Shown: positions 57,083 to 64,000 of the stretch, one piece after another
Numbering within the stretch: the first letter of the stretch is position 1
Layout: every line of letters starts with the position of its first letter
Source of the DNA: an uncultured Gemmatimonadaceae bacterium
GTDB taxonomy: Bacteria > Gemmatimonadota > Gemmatimonadetes > Gemmatimonadales > Gemmatimonadaceae
DNA: 64,000 bases
NCBI GenBank assembly: GCA_963716745.1
Contig: OY970320.1
Span: forward strand, 640,001 to 704,000
Direction: 5' to 3'
The notes under the pieces: model-generated
Seen by the model: the letters and a program-made list of their open reading frames with translations, nothing else
Told to the model about the DNA's origin: nothing
The model's database searches: none
Program-made: the position numbers and the translations under genes

Positions 57083-58398
57083 CGCGCCCCCGCGGGGAAA
57101 GGAAGCCGCACGCGGAACGTGCTCCCGCGCCCCACCGTGCTCTCCACCTCGATGCGCCCCCCGTGATCGCGCACGAGCCCGAAGCAGATCGCGAGGCCCA
57201 AGCCGGTGCCGCGCCCGGGCGGTTTGGTGGTGTAGAACGGTTCGAAGACGCGCGCGAGGTCGCCCGGCGCGATGCCGTTCCCGCGATCGCTCACCTCGAG
57301 CAGCGCTTCATTCCCTTCGCGTACGGCGCGCACGAGCACGCTTCCGCCGCCGCCCATCGCATCCGCCGCGTTGAGCAGCAGCGCCACGAGCACTTGCACC
57401 AGCTGCGGCGCGCTGCCGATCACCGGCGGGAGCGCCACATCGACCACGCGCTCCGCCGCGACGCCCTTGAAGCGCGCGTGATGGCGGAGCAGCAAGAGCG
57501 CCTCGTCCACGACCGCGCCGAGCGGCACCGCGGACTTTACTTCCTCCGACGGGCGTGAGAAATCGAGCACGCCGTTCACGATGCGCTTCGCACGCTGCAC
57601 TTCGAGGTCGATGATGGTGCACAGTTCGAGTGCGCGCGCCCGCGCCGCCTCGTCGCCGAGGGCGGACGGGAGTTGGAGCGCGAGTGTCTCGGCGCACGCG
57701 CCCACCGTCGCGAGGGGATTGTTCACCTCATGCATCACGCCCGCGGCGAGCTGTCCCACCGCGGCGAGCTTCTCCGCTTGCGCCGCGCGCAGTTGCGCGC
57801 GCTTCGCGTCGGTCACGTCCTCGCCGAGCGTGATCACGTGCGTGACGCCGTGCCCGTCCATGCGCATCGGGATCTTCGACACGCGGTACGTGCGCGCCTC
57901 GCCGGTGGCGCGCGATTCGATCTCGAACTGGCGCACCTCGCCGTCGGCGAACACTTCGTCGAATTCGCGCCGCAGCATTTCGGGCGCCTGGCGGCGCAGC
58001 ACGTCGAAGATGGTGCGGCCCATCGCAAGATCGCGCCGCACACCCTGCGTGCCGATCTCGCGCGACCGGTTCCAGGCATGCACGCGATACTCGCGGTCCA
58101 CCACGTAGAGGCCGAGCGGGAGGGCATCGATGATGCCGGCGAAGAGCTGCGTATCGCCGTCCGTGGAGGCGGTGCGCGCCAGCGACGCGGCGATCGCCTG
58201 CGCCGCGGCTGCGAGCTTGGCGCGCTCGGCGGGTTTCGCCGTGCGCGACCGCGACGCGCGGCGCAGCCGCTCGACTGTGGCCGTGAGCGCCTCGTCGAGC
58301 GACGCGTCGTCCGCGAATTCGCCGGCGATCGCGGCGATCAGATCGACGGCGCTCTTCTTGTCCTGACGGGGCGGCCGGGTGCGCACGCGAGCGGGCAA
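57079..58398 (-). CDS. Cytoplasmic PAS sensor histidine kinase (NtrB-like)
   Basis: PAS region, GQLAAGVMHEVNNPL, NAADA, DRGNGI, FEPFYTTK, GTGLGL. Confidence 0.92.
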
Positions 58399-58469
58399 AA
58401 TGCCTCAGATGGTGGACGTCGCGCGAGAAGCTACGCGTGCGCAGCGGGCCGGACAAGATGACCGAACGA

Positions 58470-58574
58470 CGCGGGAAGCGGGAAGCGGGAAGCGCCGCGA
58501 TGGACGACGGGACTGCCGATGGTGCCATCGGCGTCCCGTCGTCCCGCGGCGCTTCCCGCTTCCCGCTTCCCGCG
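58470..58574. repeat. REP-like palindrome, (GCGGGAM)3-GCGCCGCG family, copy 2
   Basis: 30-bp perfect outer arms CGCGGGAAGCGGGAAGCGGGAAGCGCCGCG plus an inner hairpin. Confidence 0.92.
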
Positions 58575-58577
58575 CCG

Positions 58578-59057
58578 TCAGCTCAGTTTCCTGATCTGGT
58601 CAAGGAGTTCCTCATTCGAGCGCTTCTCACTCGTCGACTTCTCGACATGGCTCCACGCGACGCGGCCGGCCTTGTCGATCAGGAAGTAGGCGCGCTCGGA
58701 GTAGAATTTCTCAGGGATCAGTACGCCGTAGGCGCGCGAGACATCGCGCTTGAAGTCGCTCAGCAGCGTGGCCTTCATCTCGTACTTGTTCTTGAACTCG
58801 CGCAGCGACGCGGTGGAATCCACGCTGATGGGAAGTACTTCCACGTTCTCTCCGCCGAAGCGATCGAACTCATTCGAGAAATCGCAGAGTTCGGCGGTGC
58901 ACGTGCTCGTGAACGCGAGCGGAAAGAAGGCGAGGAGCACGTTCTTCTGTCCGCGCAGCGAGCTGAGCGTGAAGGGGCCCGCGGTGGAACCGACGGTGAA
59001 GTCCGGGGCCATCTGTCCCTTGGAAGGCGGCGTGCCGGGTGGCGGAGAGGAGATCAT
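58578..59057 (-). CDS. Peroxiredoxin (AhpC/TSA, AhpE-like), Cys form
   Basis: APDF, FFPLAFTSTCTAELC, ISVDS, LLSDF, ERAYFLID. Confidence 0.92.
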   Translation of the reverse strand: MISSPPPGTPPSKGQMAPDFTVGSTAGPFTLSSLRGQKNVLLAFFPLAFTSTCTAELCDFSNEFDRFGGENVEVLPISVDSTASLREFKNKYEMKATLLSDFKRDVSRAYGVLIPEKFYSERAYFLIDKAGRVAWSHVEKSTSEKRSNEELLDQIRKLS

Positions 59058-59128
59058 TGCTTGACCAAGGGCTGGGGTTCTGTGGCCGATCGCTTCCTTC
59101 GTTCACTACAGGCCACGTGCTTCTGCAT

Positions 59129-59234
59129 GTTCGGGACGCGGGACGCGGGAATCGCCGCGGGAAGCGGGAACGAACGTGGGTTCCTCGCATCCCGTCAGTT
59201 CAACGCGGCGAGTCCCGCGTCCCGCGTCCCGAAC
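59129..59234. repeat. REP-like palindrome, (GCGGGAM)3-GCGCCGCG family, copy 3
   Basis: GTTCGGGACGCGGGACGCGGGAATCGCCGCG pairs with CGCGGCGAGTCCCGCGTCCCGCGTCCCGAAC. Confidence 0.88.
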
Positions 59235-59292
59235 GTCGCGAGTGCTTGGGCTCGACGATCCTCAAGAGACTCAATCCACCAGGGAGCCGCCG

Positions 59293-60231
59293 TTAGTCCG
59301 TGGGAGCCGACATGGCGACGAGGCCGGCGGTGACGATGATCACGAGAAGTCCAAGGGACAACTCCACGAGTGCCGTTCGGCTCATCGTCCGCGCGGCGCC
59401 CTCGGAGCCGAGTCGCGGGCCGTGATAGCGCCAGTTGACGGCACCGAACACCATGACGAGCGCGATGATCCCCAGTTTAATGAGCAGCACGCGACCGTAG
59501 TCGCTCGAGAACAGTGGGCCGAGGCCGCCCAGGCGCATCCACGCGGCGTAGCTGCCGGTGAGCGCCAGCACGCCGGCGCTGGTGAGTGCGAGCGGCGAGA
59601 AGGCGCGCACGAGCGCGGCGGCCACGGTGCCGCGCGCTTCCTCATTGGCGCGCAGCGCGGCGGGGATCCCGGCGAAGGTGAGCGACGCGAGCGTGCCGAT
59701 CCACGCTCCGACGGCCACCATGTGCAATACATCGGCCGTCTGCTCGACGAGCTGCATCGAGGAACCGTCGGCCGCGTGTCCCGACCGGGCGAACCCCACG
59801 GCCACGGCGACGGCGCAGAAGAGCACGACCCGCCAGCGCCGCACGGCGCCTACGCCCGTGCCGCTCATCTTGCGGATCGCGATCACGGTCACGAGTGCCA
59901 TCAGCGCGCCGACGAGCTGCAGCCGCCACGCCCAGCCGAAGTGCGTGTCGAGCGCGGCGCTCACGGTTGCGTCGTTCACCAGCGCGAAGCAATAGAGGCG
60001 GGCGGGCGTCGCCAGCAGCAGCACCGCGCCCGACACGATCGCCACCCGGCGCGCGGCCGTCGCCGCGTCCTCGGCGAACAGATCACTGGCCAAGCCCAGC
60101 GCGCGCACGCGCCGGAGGAGCAGCAGTACGAACAAGGCGGCGCCGATCAGCCCGGTGAGGCCGGCGTACATCGCGACCCGCACCGCCACGTACGCGGGGG
60201 ATTCGAGGCCGAACTCGGATGGGGAGGACAT
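59293..60231 (-). CDS. CopD family copper-transport membrane protein
   Basis: SGHA, DVLHMVAVGAWIG, RAFS, LTG, YGRVLLIKL, GAVNW motifs. Confidence 0.85.
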   Translation of the reverse strand: MSSPSEFGLESPAYVAVRVAMYAGLTGLIGAALFVLLLLRRVRALGLASDLFAEDAATAARRVAIVSGAVLLLATPARLYCFALVNDATVSAALDTHFGWAWRLQLVGALMALVTVIAIRKMSGTGVGAVRRWRVVLFCAVAVAVGFARSGHAADGSSMQLVEQTADVLHMVAVGAWIGTLASLTFAGIPAALRANEEARGTVAAALVRAFSPLALTSAGVLALTGSYAAWMRLGGLGPLFSSDYGRVLLIKLGIIALVMVFGAVNWRYHGPRLGSEGAARTMSRTALVELSLGLLVIIVTAGLVAMSAPTD

Positions 60232-60259
60232 CGGCGCCCCCGCGAACGGTGGATGTGGA

Positions 60260-60332
60260 TGGAGCGTGCGAGGATCGAACTCGCGACCTCTCGGTTGCAA
60301 ACCGAGTGCTCTCCCAGCTGAGCTAACGCCCC
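60260..60332 (-). tRNA. tRNA-Ala(TGC), CCA not encoded
   Basis: GGGGCGTTAGCTCAGCTGGGAGAGCA-CTCGG-TT-TGC-AA-CCGAG-AGGTC-GCGAGTTCGATCCTCGC-ACGCTCC-A. G3:U70 alanine identity pair present. Confidence 0.97.
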
Positions 60333-60379
60333 CAAGCGCGAAAGATACCGGCGGCGCGCGAGGCGGGCCAGCCGCGCCG

Positions 60380-61706
60380 TCATTCGTGCGCGGGGAGCGG
60401 CTCCATCGTCTTGGGATCCACTGGGATCTGCACTTCGTCGCGGTAGGGCGACGTCATGAGCGTCACGCGCATCCGCGGGAAGGCGTCCATGAACCGCGCG
60501 TAGCAGAGCATCCAAAGGCCGAGCACGCCCATGGTCACGCCGATCTCCGGAATGCCGTACGGCACCGATGCCGGCGTGCCGAGCAGCGACGGATAGACCT
60601 CGAGATAGCGCAGGATCCACAGTCCGATCACGGTGGACATCGTGAACGTGATGAACGTCGGCAGATACACCTTCGCGGCGCGCGAAAGCAGACCGAAGAA
60701 CGGGATCACGAACATCAAGAAGACCATCGTGACCGTGAGATGCATCCACGGCGCGATGAGACGCAGCCGCGGCCAGTGCGTTTCCTCACCGACGTTCCCG
60801 TACCATATCACCAGGTACTGACCGAATGTGAGATAGCCCCAGAACGCGGTGAACGCGAAGCAGAGCTTGCCGAGATCGTGGAAGTGATGCTCGGTGAGGA
60901 GGTCCGACGCGTTCAGATGGCGCCGCCACCAGAGCACGAGCAACGACCAGCTCGCAAGCGCGCCCACCCAGCCGCCCATGAAGAACCACCACGAGTACAG
61001 CGTGCTCTGGAAGTGCAGGTCGAGCGACATCGAGAAATCCCACGCGAACACGCTCATGAAGTAGCCGAAGCAGACCGCGAGGATCACCGCGAGATAGCCC
61101 TGCTTCGAATGCGTGGTATGCAGCTCGCGCCGCTCGTGGCCGAAGCCGTGTCGCATCCGCGCGCGTACGCCTCTCGCCCATTCCGCGCCGCTGTCGGGCA
61201 GCACGCCCACATCCAGCCGCACCGAGAGCCACACGTAGCGCACGCTGAGCGCGGCGATGATCGCCATGAGCGCGAGATCGCGCGTGATGATGAACGACGG
61301 ACGCATCCACACGCGCTTTCTCGGCGATGCCAACTTCCTCATGCGCCCATGGGAAGATATGCGCGCGGCCCAGGAAGATCAGCACCATGAGCAGGAACGC
61401 CATCGGCAGGAACGCGGCGTATCCCTCGAGCATTCGGACGACCGGACGAGACCAGCGTGCCGTGGTAATGCGCTGCACCGCGACGAACACCACGCCCGCC
61501 TGGGAGACTGAGTAGAAGAAGAGCCAGTTGACCAGCAGCGCCTGCCAGACGCGATCGCCGCCCATGAAGGCGCCGGACGAGAACGTCACCACACCGATCC
61601 CGATGAACGTGAGCGCCAGGATGTACCACGCGCGCGGGATCGGCTTCGACGTGGACGCGACCAGTTCGGCGCGGCTCGGGAGATGCGAATCGTCGTAGGT
61701 GCTCAC
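60380..61706 (-). CDS. actF: Alternative complex III subunit ActF (frameshift near 61318)
   Basis: ARWSRPVVR, IFPW, DFSMSLD..FQSTLY, HFHDLGK...FWGYLTFGQYLVIWYGN..EET. Confidence 0.87.
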
Positions 61707-62413
61707 GGCGTGCTCCTCGCGGGCGCGGCCGGCGGCACCGCGGGCGGCGCGGCCGGCGATTCCTGCCGGTTCATGTCCTGCGGGCGGTACGGAGCCGGGC
61801 GCGTCGGCGCGGTGCGGGTGTAGCCCGGCACCGTGCGGCCGTTCTCGCCCGGCGTGCCGGCCGGCGACGTGTCCGCGACGACGCCCGGTATCTTCCCCTG
61901 GAGCGCGCGCACGTACAGCACGACGTCCCAGCGGTCGGAATCCTCGATCCGGTCGTACGTGGGCATGAGCGTGCGGCCGTTGCGGATGATCCCCCAGATG
62001 TAGCCGTCGCTCCGCCCCTTCGTGAGATCGGTGAGCAGGCTCGGCGCCGGAATGCCGTAGCGCAGCGCGCGGCCAGTGCCGGCCCCACTCGCGCCGTGGC
62101 ACACCGAGCAATTGATCTGGAAATACTTGCGGCCGTTGTCGAGCGACACCGCATCGGCGGTGTGCGGATTCGCGAGGCTCGACATCGAATCGATCGTGGC
62201 CGGCAGCGCTGCGTGCGACACCATGTACGCCGGTTCCGGATCGCCGGTGATCGGCACCGAGAATTCCGGCTGGCCACGGAACGGCGTCGTGTCATTGCCG
62301 GCGTACTGGTCCTCCCACGGCTTGATCTTCGGCTGGTAGCGGAAGTCCGTGAACCACGAGCAGCCCGCGACGGTGAGCGCCGCGGCGGCGAGGCAGAGGC
62401 GCTTAGCGATCAC
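61703..62413 (-). CDS. actE: Alternative complex III monoheme cytochrome c lipoprotein ActE
   Basis: Lipobox TVAG-C, QPKIKPW, CSVCH, MP..., DRWDVVLYVRALQ. Confidence 0.87.
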   Translation of the reverse strand: MIAKRLCLAAAALTVAGCSWFTDFRYQPKIKPWEDQYAGNDTTPFRGQPEFSVPITGDPEPAYMVSHAALPATIDSMSSLANPHTADAVSLDNGRKYFQINCSVCHGASGAGTGRALRYGIPAPSLLTDLTKGRSDGYIWGIIRNGRTLMPTYDRIEDSDRWDVVLYVRALQGKIPGVVADTSPAGTPGENGRTVPGYTRTAPTRPAPYRPQDMNRQESPAAPPAVPPAAPARSTP

Positions 62414-62903
62414 CGCGCACCTCCGTCGCTCCGGCGTTCGACATGATCGCGCGCACGGCGTTCTGCTTCTCCGGCGCGCACTCCACCCACACGCCGAAGT
62501 CGGCGTCGCTGAAGCGCGGATCGTAGCCCACGGTCATCGTGATGCGCGGGAGCCGCGAATGGATGAAGAGCCCCGCGACGGTCGAGAGCGCGCCGAATAG
62601 CACCATGAGCTCGAAGCTGATGATGGTGTACGGCACCCAACTCGAGACCGGCTTCCCGCCCGTGACGAGCGGCCAGTAGCGCGAGATCCAGATCGCGATC
62701 CAATAGCCGAACGTCGCGCCGAGGAATCCGCCGATCAGCGTGTAGCGCCGCACGACGCTGGGGCCGGCGTGGATCGCGTGCTCGAGCTCGTGGCGCGGCG
62801 TGGGCGAATAGACGGTCATCGCGCCCGCCTTCTCCTTGCGGAGCGCGCCGATCGCGTCCACGGCGGCATCCAATTCGCGGAAGACCCCCAGGATGCCGCG
62901 CAT
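62403..62903 (-). CDS. actD: Alternative complex III subunit ActD (DUF3341)
   Basis: YSPTP, WPLVTGGKP, FELMVLF, YDPRFS. Confidence 0.88.
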   Translation of the reverse strand: MRGILGVFRELDAAVDAIGALRKEKAGAMTVYSPTPRHELEHAIHAGPSVVRRYTLIGGFLGATFGYWIAIWISRYWPLVTGGKPVSSWVPYTIISFELMVLFGALSTVAGLFIHSRLPRITMTVGYDPRFSDADFGVWVECAPEKQNAVRAIMSNAGATEVRGDR

Positions 62904-64000
62904 CAGTCGTGCTCCCCCGGCGTGTCCGCCTCGAACGCGACGTGCTCACCCGTGACGCGGATGCCGTGCTGGTGCGGCCGCTTCACCGCGGGCGGCACGA
63001 TCTCCTTCACCTCGGTCACGGCGATCACGGGCAGCTGCTTGATGAAGAGCAGGAACCACATTGAGAACCAGCCGAAGCTGCCGAGCAGGATCGACCAGTC
63101 GATGTACGTGGGCGAGTACGGTCCCCACTGCCACGGTTCGAACTCGTGCGAGAGCGACGGAATGATGATCACGAAGCGCTCGAACCACATGCCGAGATTG
63201 ATGAACATGGAGAGGATGAACAGCCACGTGGTGTTCCGCCGCAGCGCTGCGAGAAGAGCGACATCGGCAGCAGCATGTTGCACGTGAGCATGATCCACGC
63301 CGCCCACCACCACTGGCCGAACACGCGATTCATGAAGTACTGCTGCTCCACCGCATTGCCGCTGAACCACGCGATCCAGAACTCGGTGAGATACGCGCAA
63401 CCGACCACCATGGACGTGAACAGACAGAGCTTCGCCGCCGCGTCGAGATGGTTGATCGTGACGTAGTGCTTCAGGTGGAAATAGCGGCGGATCGGGATGA
63501 TGATCGTGAACACCATGCCGACGCCCGAGAAGATCGCGCCCGCAACGAAGTACGGCGGAAAGATCGTCGTGTGCCAGCCCGGCGTGAGCGCCATCGCGAA
63601 GTCGAACGACACGACCGAGTGCACCGACAGCACGAGCGGCGTCGAGAACGCGGCGAGGAACAGATACGCGCGCGCGAAGTGGCGCCACTCACGGTCCGAG
63701 TTGCGCCACCCGAGCGAGAGCTGCGCGTAGATCGCCTTGCGCACCGGATTCTTCTCGCGATCGCGCATCGCCGCGAGATCGGGGATGAGTCCGACGTACA
63801 AGAACGTCGCCGAGACCGTCAGGTAGGTCAGAATGGCGAACACGTCCCACACCAGCGGGCTCCGGAACTGCGGCCACACCAGCCGCCAGTTGGGATACGC
63901 GATGAGCCAGAAGAATTTCCACGGGCGGCCGAGATGCAGGATCGGGAACAGCCCGGCCGTCATGACGGCGAACACGGTCATCGCCTCGGAGCACCGGTAG
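62903..64000 (-). CDS. actC: Alternative complex III subunit ActC (NrfD/polysulfide reductase family), partial, frameshift near 63248
   Basis: EAMTVFAV, HLGRPW, FRSPLVWDVFA, PLVLSVHSVVSFDFA, PPYFVAGAIFSG, GMWFERFVII. Confidence 0.93.

Overview
High-GC bacterial chromosome segment, gene-dense and mostly on the minus strand. Gene content and protein style suggest Gemmatimonadota (inference). Left to right: a surface-polysaccharide block (ugd fragment, lipoprotein, SGNH-like protein with an MBOAT acyltransferase, an opposite-strand GT-C-like membrane protein, Wzi-like barrel, CapD/PglF, DegT aminotransferase, carB, rmd, gmd); an alpha operon with its own promoter (rpmJ-rpsM-rpsK-rpsD-rpoA-rplQ-rpmB); pyrF, pyrD, amidase, smpB and tRNA-Leu(CAG); a long operon-like run of CDP-alcohol phosphatidyltransferase, ino1, 2-oxoacid dehydrogenase E1a/E1b/E2, PHP, peroxiredoxin, SDR, trxB, MBL hydrolase, aspartase/fumarase and an Rrf2 regulator; a NamZ / erpA / SSS / BadF-kinase block; amino-acid transporters and a membrane pyrophosphatase; TonB-ExbB-ExbD-ExbD; two two-component pairs; a second peroxiredoxin; CopD; tRNA-Ala(TGC); and the 3' end of an alternative complex III operon (actCDEF). 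About a dozen genes, including essential ones (rpoA, carB, pyrD), carry single-base indels. These look like long-read assembly errors, not pseudogenes. Highlights: (1) a peroxiredoxin whose catalytic Cys codon is an in-frame TGA followed by a SECIS-like hairpin (probable selenoprotein, split in the ORF track); (2) a structured RNA before rpoA with two hairpins whose 7-nt loops are perfectly complementary (kissing loop); (3) eight or so intergenic palindromes, mostly ~100-120 bp and often built from short tandem repeats, several starting 1-4 nt after stop codons; (4) an NtrC-family regulator with a degenerate GAFTGA loop and a Walker B E-to-Q change; (5) an inositol-phospholipid gene pair. No CRISPR array, transposase, integrase or rRNA was seen.
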